A stretch of DNA of 64,000 nucleotides from Blastocatellia bacterium (GTDB lineage Bacteria > Acidobacteriota > Blastocatellia > UBA7656), in the NCBI GenBank assembly GCA_035634255.1, contig DASQDI010000079.1, positions 53,214-117,213 on the forward strand, given 5' to 3'. Positions 1 to 9,194 of this stretch are shown piece by piece; within the stretch, counting starts at the first letter, position 1, and each line of letters opens with the position of its first letter. The notes beneath the pieces are model-generated. The model was not told the origin of the DNA and made no database searches. It worked only from the letters and a program-made list of their open reading frames with translations. The translations under genes and the position numbers were made by a program.

Positions 1-174
1 AAGCTTCCGCCGCCCGACCGATCCGTCGCCTCTGCATAAACCCGAGCCTAACATATAGGTGTACCGAGACGCTTCAGGCGGGTGGATTTCCCGCCCGGCC
101 GCTGGTAACCGTCGGAGGTTGTCCGCTATCATAGAGCCGCTCTGAAAAGAGTTGTTTCTGTTCGGGAGGCGTCT

Positions 175-477
175 ATGGCAACACTCAACGCAAGGCAGAG
201 GGCACACCTCAGGGCTCTGGCCCACCCCCTGAAGCCGATCCTGCACATCGGCAAGGAAGGCGTGACCGAAGCCGCCGTGAAGACCATCGAAGGGGCCTTC
301 AACACTCGAGAACTCCTTAAGCTGAAAGTGCTCGAAGCGGCCCCGGAAGAGGCGCGCGAGACCGGGGACATTCTGGCCGGGCGAATCGAGGGCGCGCACG
401 CGGTCCAGGTGATCGGCCGAACCGTCGTGCTCTACCGCCGCCACCCGGAAAAGCCTGTGATCGAGCTGCCCCGCTGA
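175..477 (+). CDS. yhbY: YhbY-like CRM-domain RNA-binding protein
   Basis: 100-aa ORF. LRALAHPLKPILHIGKEGVTEA...ELLKLKV pattern and size are typical of the YhbY/CRS1 family. Confidence 0.8.
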   Translation: MATLNARQRAHLRALAHPLKPILHIGKEGVTEAAVKTIEGAFNTRELLKLKVLEAAPEEARETGDILAGRIEGAHAVQVIGRTVVLYRRHPEKPVIELPR

Positions 478-501
478 CCCCGCCCGCGCGAGTAATCTTC
501 T

Positions 502-1347
502 ATGTACAGAGTTGACCCCGAGCAGATCGAGCGGTATCGGCAGGACGGCTTCCTCGTCCTGGAAGGGTTCGTGAGCCCGAAAGCATGTGAGGCCCTGAGA
601 AGGCGGGCAGAGTCGCTCGTCGGGCGGTTCGACCCCGCGGGCGTAGTATCCATATTCTCCACCCGCGAGCAGACACGCACCTCGGACGATTACTTCATGG
701 GCTCGGGCGACAGGGTACGCTTCTTCTTCGAGGAGGCGGCCTTCGGCCCGGACGGAGAGCTGTTGCGGCCGAAGGAGCTGTCGATCAACAAGATCGGACA
801 TGCCCTGCACGACCTCGACCCCGAGTTCGAGCGATTCTCCCGGACTCCCGACCTGTCCTCTCTCGCCGCAAGCCTCGGGTTCATTCGGCCCCTGCTCGTA
901 CAGTCCATGTACATCTTCAAACAGCCCGGCATCGGCGGGGAGGTCAGCTGCCATCAGGACAGCACCTTCCTCTACACGGAGCCGCCGAGCGCGGCCGGCT
1001 TCTGGTTCGCCCTCGAAGACGCCACCGTGGAGAACGGCTGCCTGCACGCGATTCGGGGCGGGCATAAGGCCGGCCTTAAATCCCGATTCGTGAGAGCGCC
1101 GGGAGGCGGCGCCCGCTTCGACGTGTTCGATGACAGCCCGTGGCCTATGGAGTCTCTGGTCCCTCTTGAAGTGCCCGAAGGGACGTTGATTCTGCTCGAC
1201 GGCCTGCTGCCGCATTTGAGCTACGCGAACAATTCCGCGAAATCGCGGCACGCCTACACGCTTCACGTCATCGAAGGCAAGAGCAGATACATGGCCGACA
1301 ACTGGCTACAGCGCGGCCCGGAAATGCCATTGCGCGGCTTCGAGTGA
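502..1347 (+). CDS. Phytanoyl-CoA dioxygenase (PhyH) family Fe(II)/2OG oxygenase
   Basis: N-terminal YRQDGFLVLEGF, an HQDSTF (HxD) iron motif and a C-terminal SRHAYTLH motif. 281 aa. Confidence 0.8.
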   Translation: MYRVDPEQIERYRQDGFLVLEGFVSPKACEALRRRAESLVGRFDPAGVVSIFSTREQTRTSDDYFMGSGDRVRFFFEEAAFGPDGELLRPKELSINKIGHALHDLDPEFERFSRTPDLSSLAASLGFIRPLLVQSMYIFKQPGIGGEVSCHQDSTFLYTEPPSAAGFWFALEDATVENGCLHAIRGGHKAGLKSRFVRAPGGGARFDVFDDSPWPMESLVPLEVPEGTLILLDGLLPHLSYANNSAKSRHAYTLHVIEGKSRYMADNWLQRGPEMPLRGFE

Positions 1348-1387
1348 ATACATCCGCGCGTGAAGAGAACCCGGATCGAAGAGGGTT

Positions 1388-2260
1388 ATGCATAAATATC
1401 AATACGTACTCGTTGCAATCATCCTGTCCGCATACCTGGCGGCTTCCTGTCCCGGCATAGCCGCGGCAGGTTATCAGCAGAGCAAGGTCATTATATCGAC
1501 TCAGGAAGACCTGGCGCAGGACGTCGCTTCGGCCCCCTGCAAAGAGAAAGAGCGGCTGGAAGCTGTACGCGCGCTCTTCCTGAAGATGGGAGCCCAACCC
1601 GGCCAGATCGTGATCGAGAAAACCGGAGGGGTTGAAAATCTCGTCGTGACCAGGCCGGGGCAGTCCGAAGATACCCTCGTTATAGGGGCTCATTATGACA
1701 AGACCGATGCCGGGTGCGGCGTTGTAGACAATTGGAGCGGGGTCATCGCGATAGCGCATATATTCAGGAGCCTCAAGGACATCTCCCTGTCTAAGACTCT
1801 CGTCTTCGTCGCCTTCGATAAGGAAGAAGACGGGCTGCTCGGGTCGAAAGCGATGGTCAGGGGGATAGAAAAGGAGAAGTTGAACAGGCATTGCGCTATG
1901 GTAAACATCGACAGCCTGGGCCTGGCCGCCCCCCAGACTCTGGAGAACCTGTCGAGCAAGCCGCTCATCAATCGCGCCGAGGAAATAGCAAAACGTATGA
2001 ATATCCCTTTCACGCGGGCCACTATTCTGAGCGCGGGAGCGGACTCGCAGCCATTCATCGAAAAAAAGATTCCGGCGATAACTATCAGCGGCCTTTCCAA
2101 CAAGTGGGTCGAGGTTATCCACACGGGGGAGGATAAAGCCGCCAACCTCAATAACGTCAGCCTCTATCTCGGCTACAGGCTTGCGCTCGCGCTCGTCGTG
2201 GAGCTGCATAATCTTCCGTGTGATGTCGGCAGGGCGAAGGAAGTGACGAGTGATAAATGA
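1388..2260 (+). CDS. Secreted M28-family aminopeptidase
   Basis: Signal peptide. Metal-ligand motifs GAHYD...DNWSG and AFDKEEDGLLGS are typical of peptidase M28. Confidence 0.75.
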   Translation: MHKYQYVLVAIILSAYLAASCPGIAAAGYQQSKVIISTQEDLAQDVASAPCKEKERLEAVRALFLKMGAQPGQIVIEKTGGVENLVVTRPGQSEDTLVIGAHYDKTDAGCGVVDNWSGVIAIAHIFRSLKDISLSKTLVFVAFDKEEDGLLGSKAMVRGIEKEKLNRHCAMVNIDSLGLAAPQTLENLSSKPLINRAEEIAKRMNIPFTRATILSAGADSQPFIEKKIPAITISGLSNKWVEVIHTGEDKAANLNNVSLYLGYRLALALVVELHNLPCDVGRAKEVTSDK

Positions 2261-2468
2261 GCGCCGCTCGCCACTTTCCCTTGACTGAAGGGAAGGGTTG
2301 ATTACAATCTGTTGCGCCTTATCTGAGTGCAGACTGCCGCGCTGGGATGATTATAACTTTCGATCTTTACTCCGGAGACGATGGGAGGCAGCCCATACGA
2401 GCGGGACAGGTTTGGATTTAATTCAACGTTTCGGAGGGATCGAAAGACGAGCCATCGGAGGCCCCGAC

Positions 2469-2948
2469 ATGTCCAATTCAGCAAACACGCCCGGTTCGAC
2501 CGGTTCGACCGGCGGCAACATCAGCATCGCTCCCGTCACGACCGATTCGTGCAGACCGTTTACTCTCGACGTGATGGTGTTCAGCCCGGAAGCCGGGTAT
2601 AAATTCGAGGTCTCTATAGAGCGGGACTGCATAAAAGCCACCGCGACCGACCCGGCCATAGAGCAGTGGAAGCTGGTCTTCGATCTTTATAAACTGAAGA
2701 CCGGCGGCACGGACTTCGACCAGATCGTCCACGTCTCTTACACCGCCGCCAATCCGGTGCAGGAGAGAAAGGTGGCGGCGACCGCGGCCAACGGGCTCAA
2801 CCCGGCGCAGTCTCAGCAACTCATCACGAAAGTCCACCCGGCGGTCAAAGGGGTCGAAGACCTGGGCTCACTCCCGCCCGACCAGGCGGACGTGGCGAAG
2901 CAAAAGATCAAGGACCAGATGAGCAAGACGGTAGACCTTGCCTTCTAA
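2469..2948 (+). CDS. Hypothetical protein
   Basis: ATG at 2469 preceded by GGAGG. Non-shadow amino-acid composition. No family recognised. The track ORF starts further upstream at 2298. Confidence 0.5.
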   Translation: MSNSANTPGSTGSTGGNISIAPVTTDSCRPFTLDVMVFSPEAGYKFEVSIERDCIKATATDPAIEQWKLVFDLYKLKTGGTDFDQIVHVSYTAANPVQERKVAATAANGLNPAQSQQLITKVHPAVKGVEDLGSLPPDQADVAKQKIKDQMSKTVDLAF

Positions 2949-3000
2949 CCGACAGAACGCTCGCCCGGCTCGCGCCCGCGCCGCAAAGGGACGGAAGGTC

Positions 3001-5079
3001 ATGACCGCTCGCAACCCCCACCAACGTCTGCCTCTGCCGCTCATCCTGTCCCTGCTTCTGTTGCTGTGGGCCTGGGCGAGCCCCGCTCAGGCCCAGTGCA
3101 GCGGAGACAACATTTCCGAGGCGGAAGGCTACCTCGTTCGCGACGTGACCGCGGACACCCTCTTCGGTCGCGCGCCTCGAAAGCTCAAAGATATTTTGGG
3201 CAAGCACCGCGGGGAGAGGTACAGGACCACCACCGACGATTTCGTCGTCGGCAGCGCCTCCGCTTCCGGAACGAGCCGCACCGTTTACCGCAGGGAAGTG
3301 GAGAACTTCTTCGATCAGGACAGCGCGGTCGCGCTGGACCATCTGTTCGGCCTGTCGGGGCAGGACTCGTTTTACATCAGGGCCGCGTACCTGACCGATT
3401 GCGTGACGATTGTTCCGGAGGCCGAATGCCGAGCGACGTTGAAAGATGGCGCGGGGCAGCCCGTCTCCAAATGCCTCGACGTGTCGGTCAAAGTCAGGGT
3501 GATTCCCATCAACACCGCCAACCTCGGCGCGAACCTGCTGGACCTCGCGCGCTCGAACAAGCTCAGGTTTTACCGGGAACTGCCGCGCCCGCTCATCGCC
3601 TTCAACCCGGCCATTCGGATGGAGCAGGACAGGGAGTACGGCACGGCCGTGGGCGGCGGCATCTCGACGAACCTGCTCGCCCTTCCGTCCACGTTGAGCG
3701 GCGAGCCTGAGCCCGAGCAGAACACTCAGCTTCGCCTGTCGGCGGCCGGACGCAAATCTCTGGACGAGCCTTTCTACAACATGTCCGCGAGCCTCGGGCT
3801 GTCGCAGACGAGGGCGGTCGAGCTGTTTCAGAAGGTCAGCCTCGAATCCAGCTTTGCCTCGGACCGCCAGCCTCTCGGGGCGGGCACGGTCTTCAGGAAC
3901 TCGGTGCGCCTCGGCGTGGCGACGTTCATAAAACCGAAAGCAGGGATGGTCAGCCAGATAAGCCTCGGGGCGGCCTACCGATTCGCGGGCAACCGGTTCT
4001 TCACGGGCACGGGGCAGCCTGACGAGCTTACTTCGGAGCAGGCGTTCGAGTCGCGCGCCATCGTGGACGGGAGCCTGGGCAGGGGCTTCCTGCGCGGAGC
4101 GGCCTGGTTCGACGTCGCGTCCCCGGACGAGGAGTCGGACTATCACCGGGTGGCGGCGACGGTAGGCTACGCCCGGAACTTTATTCTGCCTCACTGGAAG
4201 TGCAGAGTCGTAACGGACGGGGGCCGGGAGACGTGCGTCTTTCCCGATAAGAATGCCCCGGCAATCGGGGTCGAAGTGCTGTTCGGGGCCGGCCGCGCCT
4301 GGGGCGACGTTCCGGAATACGCGCGCTTCTACGGCGGCAACTCTACCGCGAGTTTCTTTTACGACGCGGTCGAGTCCCCGTCGATGACCAATATTCCGGG
4401 CGGCCCCCTCATTCGCAGCTTCGGGAGGAATCAGGCGGGCGTCGGGGCCGGGGTGAACTCGGGTCGCGGGGGGACATCCTACTGGCATTTCAATCTCACG
4501 GCCAGCCTGCCGGTGCCCAAGCTTTCGCGCCCCCTGATACCGGCAGAGCTTGTGATCTCGCAGCCGGATGATTCGGGGCGGCTCTCGTGCGCGGGCTGTA
4601 CTTCTCTGAAAGACCTGCTCAAAAGGCAGGTCAGCAGCGGCAGGAACATATTCATCGACGCCCTCGCCATACAGGACCTCTCGTCCGAGCAACGCGACGA
4701 CCTTGCTCTGGACCCCGACGACGGACTGACCCCCGAGCAGTCGGCGCGGCTGGCGAGCGCCGAACAGGCGTTCGCCAGCGCGCGGGAGGCCGTCAAGCCA
4801 CAGGCCGATAAGCTATGGAGCCAGCTGGACCCGGCCATCGGTTATATCTCGGATCAGGCGAACCTTTACGCCGTAAAACCCATCGTGATGTTTGACGCGA
4901 TGCGCCTCTCGGCGCGGGGCGGGCCCGACAATCGCACGCGGCTCGGGCTCGGGGCCGGGCTGCAATTCAACATCGTAGTCGCCAAAGTAGAGCTGGGATA
5001 CATGCGCACGATCCGCCGCCTGCCCGGCGACCAGCGCGGCAACTTCGTCGCGCGCATGGTATTTGAAAAGTTCTTCTAG
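3001..5079 (+). CDS. Outer-membrane beta-barrel protein (Omp85/surface-antigen-like)
   Basis: Signal peptide MTARNPHQRLPLPLILSLLLLLWAWASPAQA. Alternating beta-strand-like C-terminal region ending FEKFF (terminal aromatic residue typical of OMPs). Confidence 0.55.
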   Translation: MTARNPHQRLPLPLILSLLLLLWAWASPAQAQCSGDNISEAEGYLVRDVTADTLFGRAPRKLKDILGKHRGERYRTTTDDFVVGSASASGTSRTVYRREVENFFDQDSAVALDHLFGLSGQDSFYIRAAYLTDCVTIVPEAECRATLKDGAGQPVSKCLDVSVKVRVIPINTANLGANLLDLARSNKLRFYRELPRPLIAFNPAIRMEQDREYGTAVGGGISTNLLALPSTLSGEPEPEQNTQLRLSAAGRKSLDEPFYNMSASLGLSQTRAVELFQKVSLESSFASDRQPLGAGTVFRNSVRLGVATFIKPKAGMVSQISLGAAYRFAGNRFFTGTGQPDELTSEQAFESRAIVDGSLGRGFLRGAAWFDVASPDEESDYHRVAATVGYARNFILPHWKCRVVTDGGRETCVFPDKNAPAIGVEVLFGAGRAWGDVPEYARFYGGNSTASFFYDAVESPSMTNIPGGPLIRSFGRNQAGVGAGVNSGRGGTSYWHFNLTASLPVPKLSRPLIPAELVISQPDDSGRLSCAGCTSLKDLLKRQVSSGRNIFIDALAIQDLSSEQRDDLALDPDDGLTPEQSARLASAEQAFASAREAVKPQADKLWSQLDPAIGYISDQANLYAVKPIVMFDAMRLSARGGPDNRTRLGLGAGLQFNIVVAKVELGYMRTIRRLPGDQRGNFVARMVFEKFF

Positions 5080-5093
5080 CCCGCTGCGAAGCG

Positions 5094-5421
5094 TTAGACC
5101 GCGTTGATTTCGACTAGCTGCTCGCCAGCTTGTAAGAGTTCGAGCGCCTTTTCTAACGTGCCGGTGAGTATCTCTTTCAAACGAGCGTTAGAAGTGTTGC
5201 CGCACGTTAGCCATATGACCTTTGGGGGAGGTCCGCTTACCTCAAGTAGCCTTACGAAATCACTATCTTTGGTCATCACGATAGCGTCCGAAGCTCTTGC
5301 CGCAAGGAAAATCTAGATCTGTCGCATCACGCAACCCTAAATCACGCAAAGCAACCGCAGGAATGGAATATTGCATAGTGATCCAGGCTGCGATTACAGG
5401 CGATAGTTGTGCGTCAAGCAA
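5094..5421 (-). pseudogene. DUF5615-type (PIN-like) toxin, frameshifted
   Basis: The minus strand reads ILLDAQLSPVIAAWITMQYSIPAVALRDLGLRDATDLD in one frame and IFLAARASDAIVMTKDSDFVRLL... in another. An in-frame TAG lies at 5313-5315, and there is no canonical start codon. Confidence 0.6.
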
Positions 5422-5426
5422 AATCG

Positions 5427-5651
5427 TCAGGCTGCCAGTATAGGGTGGTCTAACCGACGAGCGGCATACCGGAGAGCAGCTTTCAGGTCTTCCATCTCAA
5501 GGTCGGGCATCTCTTCCAGGATTTGTTCCGCGCTCAAGCCCGCCGCGAATAAATCCAGCACATCGGCAACCCGTATCCTCATGCCGAGAATGCAAGGGCG
5601 GCCCCCGCATTGTTCAGGGTTGAATGTAATTCTTTCCGTCCCGGTTGACAT
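5427..5651 (-). CDS. DUF433-domain antitoxin-like protein
   Basis: MSTGTERITFNPEQCGGRPCILGMRIRVADVLD matches the DUF433 signature. GAGGGGG Shine-Dalgarno before the ATG at 5651. Confidence 0.7.
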   Translation of the reverse strand: MSTGTERITFNPEQCGGRPCILGMRIRVADVLDLFAAGLSAEQILEEMPDLEMEDLKAALRYAARRLDHPILAA

Positions 5652-6139
5652 ACATCCCCCTCGATGCGCCATTAATAATAACTGCGGCATAAAGAATATC
5701 ATTTTTCATCAACCGCGCCTACGATCAGCGGTATAACAACTCACTGTACCAAAGCGAGGGCTTCGGGACGCCGGAGGAATTGCGTTGACCGGTTGGGCTT
5801 TCTTTGATATGCATGGCCTCGACGTTTCGCAGTCAGAGGTCTTCTTACTATCGCCCCGGATTCCGAAGGAGAAATATGGCCCGACAGGGAAAGGCCGCGT
5901 CCGGCGAAGCCGGCCCCAAAGCTTTTCGACTCCTCCTGCGTGGTCTTCGTCAGCCCGTACTGCATAGGCGATTGGGAGGACATGGAGATTAAGTCTGACG
6001 AGCGGCCTCGATGGGACCGTGCAGGTTTATGAGTGCAAGGTCTGCACGCCTTTCGACGGCCTGCTCAATCCCGCGGGCGAGCGCGCCGTGCGAGGTACCC
6101 GCAATAGTCGCGGGGTGATTCCAGTAGAGGGGCGATGCT

Positions 6140-6778
6140 ATGGAGATAGCGATTCTTATTTATGACAGGTTCACGGCGCTCGACGCCATAGGGCCTTACG
6201 AAGTCCTGAGATCGGCTCCCGGAGCCAACGTCAGGTTCGTGGCGAGAGAGCGCGGCCCGGTCCGCACGGACGCGGGCAGCCTCGCCGTCGTCGCGGACTA
6301 CGCGCTCGGGGAGGTCACGTCGCCCGATATATTGGTCGTTCCGGGAGGGCCGGGGCAGGTCGCCCTGATGGACGACCGGGAAGTCCTCGACTGGGTCCGC
6401 CGGGTCCACGGGGGGACGAAGTGGACCACCTCCGTCTGCACGGGCTCTTTGATACTCGGGGCGGCGGGGCTGTTGAAGGGACTGCGGGCGACGACCCACT
6501 GGCTCGCTCTGGAAGTGCTCGGCAGGCTGGGCGCCGAGCCCGTGACGGACCGCGTGGTTATCGAAGGGCGGATCATCACGGCGGCGGGAGTCTCCGCCGG
6601 GATCGACATGGCCCTCACTCTGGTCGCCCGCGAGTTCGGGGACGAGATCGCTCAGTCGATACAGCTCGGGATCGAGTACGACCCCCAACCGCCGTTCGAC
6701 GCGGGGTCGCCCTCCAAAGCCCCCAAGGCAGTTGTCGAAAGGCTCCGCGGCTGGGGCCGTTTCATACTTGAAGGTTGA
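6140..6778 (+). CDS. DJ-1/PfpI family protein
   Basis: ILIYDRFTALDAIGPYEVL, nucleophile-elbow SVCTGS and AAGVSAGIDMAL motifs. Confidence 0.85.
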   Translation: MEIAILIYDRFTALDAIGPYEVLRSAPGANVRFVARERGPVRTDAGSLAVVADYALGEVTSPDILVVPGGPGQVALMDDREVLDWVRRVHGGTKWTTSVCTGSLILGAAGLLKGLRATTHWLALEVLGRLGAEPVTDRVVIEGRIITAAGVSAGIDMALTLVAREFGDEIAQSIQLGIEYDPQPPFDAGSPSKAPKAVVERLRGWGRFILEG

Positions 6779-6801
6779 TCGCAACCGGGGAGAGATAATC
6801 T

Positions 6802-8406
6802 ATGCCGAAACCACGCCTGTCACTACCGGCGGGAGCAGCCCGCGCCCTCTTCTTTTCGCCCCTCCTCCTGCTCATTATATTGGCGGCCCGCCCGCCCGCG
6901 CTCGCGCAGAGGGCCACGGCGTCGACGCCCGAGCAGAAGACGGCCCGCCATTTCGAGTCGATAAAGGCGGAGCCCCTCGAACTCTACATGTTCCTGCGGC
7001 AGATGCCGAAGGGCGCGGACCTGCACAACCACATGACGGGGTCGGTCTACGCGGAGTCATACGTCAGGTGGGCGGCGGAGGCGGGCATGTGCGTCGACCG
7101 GAAGACCATGCTCCTCTTCAACGGCCCGTGCGACGAGGCGTCGGGCCGCCCGGCGGCGAGCACGGCCATGACGGACGGGGTGCTCTATCGCTCGATGATC
7201 GATGCGTGGTCCATGCGAAATTCCGAGTACGCGGGCCAGAGCGGTCACGACCAGTTCTTCGACTCCTTCGGGAAGTTCGGCCTGGCGGGAAATAACCGCT
7301 ACGGGGACATGCTTGCCGAGGTGACCGCGCGCGCGGCGTCGGGGCGGGTCGCTTACATGGAGCTGATGCTGACGCCCGACAACGGAAAGTCGAGGGATCT
7401 GGGCAGGCAGTTGAAGTGGCCGGACGGGGCCGCGGATGCGTCCCCCGCCGAGCTCGCGAAGGTCATGGAGCAGATGCGCCAGGAGTTGCTGCGGCTCGGA
7501 ATCTCGCAGGCCGTGCGGGAAGGGCAGAACACCCTTAACATAATGGAGGCCCGGCGGAAGGAGTTGTTGAAATGCGACGACCCCAATAAGGCCGCGCCCG
7601 GATGCGGCGTGACGGTGCGCTATATTTTTCAGATCGCCCGCGCCAACCCTCCCGCTCAGGCTTTCGCGCAGATGGTCGCGGCTATGGAGATGGCTCTCGT
7701 CGAGCCGAGGCTTGTCGCCCTGAACCTTGTGCAGGCGGAGGACAGCCTGCCATCGATGACCTACTTCCCCCTGCAAATGCTCATGCTCGATTACCTAAAC
7801 TCGGTTTACCCGAAGGTCAACATAACCCTGCATGCGGGCGAGCTTGCGCCGGGGCTCGTGCCGCCCGACGGCCTGCGATTTCACGTCCGCGACTCGGTCA
7901 GGAAAGGGCATGCGAAGCGGATAGGCCATGGGGTGGCCGTGGCCTACGAGGACGACCCGGTCGGCCTCCTGCGCGAGATGTCCGAAAAAAGGGTGATGGT
8001 GGAAATCTGCCTGTCGAGCAACGACGGCATCCTTGGAGTCCGCGGCAAGCAGCACCCCCTGCCCCTCTACCTTAAATTCGGGGTGCCGGTCGCGCTCGCG
8101 ACTGACGACGAAGGGGTCTCGCGGTCGGAGATGACGCGCGAGTTCGTGAAGGCCGTGGAAGATCACGGGCTCGGCTACGTCCAGCTCAAGGCGATGGCGC
8201 GCACGAGCCTTGAGCATGCCTTCGTAGAGGGCGCGAGCCTCTGGAAAGACGCGGGCCGGTGGCTCCCGGTCAGCGAGTGTAAATCAGACCGGGCCGGCGA
8301 TGGGAGCCCATCGGGCGAGTGCCAGCGCTTCCTGAAGGGTAACGAGAAGGCGCGATTGCAGTGGGCTCTCGAAGGCTCGTTCGCCGACTTCGAAAAGAAG
8401 CATTGA
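6802..8406 (+). CDS. Secreted adenosine deaminase-like protein (ADGF/ADA2-like)
   Basis: Signal peptide. MPKGADLHNHMTGS, ITLHAGE and ATDDEGVSRS metal/catalytic motifs of the adenosine/AMP deaminase superfamily. 534 aa with a long N-terminal extension. Confidence 0.75.
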   Translation: MPKPRLSLPAGAARALFFSPLLLLIILAARPPALAQRATASTPEQKTARHFESIKAEPLELYMFLRQMPKGADLHNHMTGSVYAESYVRWAAEAGMCVDRKTMLLFNGPCDEASGRPAASTAMTDGVLYRSMIDAWSMRNSEYAGQSGHDQFFDSFGKFGLAGNNRYGDMLAEVTARAASGRVAYMELMLTPDNGKSRDLGRQLKWPDGAADASPAELAKVMEQMRQELLRLGISQAVREGQNTLNIMEARRKELLKCDDPNKAAPGCGVTVRYIFQIARANPPAQAFAQMVAAMEMALVEPRLVALNLVQAEDSLPSMTYFPLQMLMLDYLNSVYPKVNITLHAGELAPGLVPPDGLRFHVRDSVRKGHAKRIGHGVAVAYEDDPVGLLREMSEKRVMVEICLSSNDGILGVRGKQHPLPLYLKFGVPVALATDDEGVSRSEMTREFVKAVEDHGLGYVQLKAMARTSLEHAFVEGASLWKDAGRWLPVSECKSDRAGDGSPSGECQRFLKGNEKARLQWALEGSFADFEKKH

Positions 8407-8476
8407 CCGCCGCCGGCATTCGAGCCCCGGCGGATTGCTAGAACTCGCGGCGATCTTCGGATAATCTTCTACGCGA

Positions 8477-9154
8477 ATGGACAACTTCGATGACACGCAA
8501 TTCACCCGCGCCACCCCGGTTATCGAATCGACGCACGCGGCCGTGGGGGAGTTCGCGCGGAGACATGCCGGGGGCTGCGGCTCGGACATCGAGCGCGCGG
8601 TCCGGCTCTATTACGCGGTCAGAGACTCGATCCGCTACGACCCATACCTGATCGATTTGTCCGTGGAAGGGATTAAAGCCAGCGCGACGCTCTCAAGCGG
8701 GCGCGGGTGGTGCGTGTCGAAGGCCGTGCTGCTCGCGGCCTGCTGCCGGGCCGTCGGGGTCGCGGCGCGGCTCGGGTTCGCCGATGTCAGGAATCACCTG
8801 TCGACCGCGCGCCTGCGCGAGAGGATGCGCACGGACGTATTCTACTGGCACGGGTACACGGAGGTTTATCTGGAGGGCAGGTGGGTGAAGGCGACTCCCG
8901 CATTCAACATCGAGCTGTGTGAGAAATTCCGCCTGCTGCCTCTCGATTTCGACGGGCGCAACGACTCCATCTATCACCCGTTCGACTCCCTTGGCAATCG
9001 ACATATGGAGTATTTGAATGACCGGGGGTGGTATTCGGACCTGCCCCTCGAAGAGATCATCCGGACTTTTAGGGACGAGTATGGCGCGGCCGAGGCCCCC
9101 GAGGGGTTCGACCGGGCGAGCTTCGATGAGGACGTGACGCGCGAGACTCGGTAG
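8477..9154 (+). CDS. Transglutaminase-like cysteine protease-fold protein
   Basis: GRGWCVSKAVLLAACCRAVGVAARL (catalytic Cys context) followed by YWHGYTEVYLEGRWVKATP (His/Asp region). Confidence 0.75.
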   Translation: MDNFDDTQFTRATPVIESTHAAVGEFARRHAGGCGSDIERAVRLYYAVRDSIRYDPYLIDLSVEGIKASATLSSGRGWCVSKAVLLAACCRAVGVAARLGFADVRNHLSTARLRERMRTDVFYWHGYTEVYLEGRWVKATPAFNIELCEKFRLLPLDFDGRNDSIYHPFDSLGNRHMEYLNDRGWYSDLPLEEIIRTFRDEYGAAEAPEGFDRASFDEDVTRETR

Positions 9155-9194
9155 AGGAACCTTCGCAGACTGCACAGTGTTGAAAGGAGCATCC

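Noticed and set aside
1-6. AAGCTT (HindIII site) at the first base of the window
   Set aside because: It is probably a cloning or assembly boundary rather than a biological feature. AAGCTT also occurs internally.
2908-4692. 594-aa ORF on the minus strand
   Set aside because: It is antisense to the OMP gene. The Arg/Ala/Gly/Pro-dominated composition is typical of shadow frames in high-GC DNA, and I recognised no motif. The plus-strand gene has a signal peptide and an OMP terminus.
5990-6110. Possible remnant of the C-terminus of a WD40/TolB-like protein (VYECKVCTPFDGLL...)
   Set aside because: There is only a vague resemblance to the C-x2-C...LL tail motif, and no continuous reading frame or further motifs. 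It is too weak to call.
6065-6784. 239-aa ORF on the minus strand
   Set aside because: It is antisense to the DJ-1/PfpI gene.
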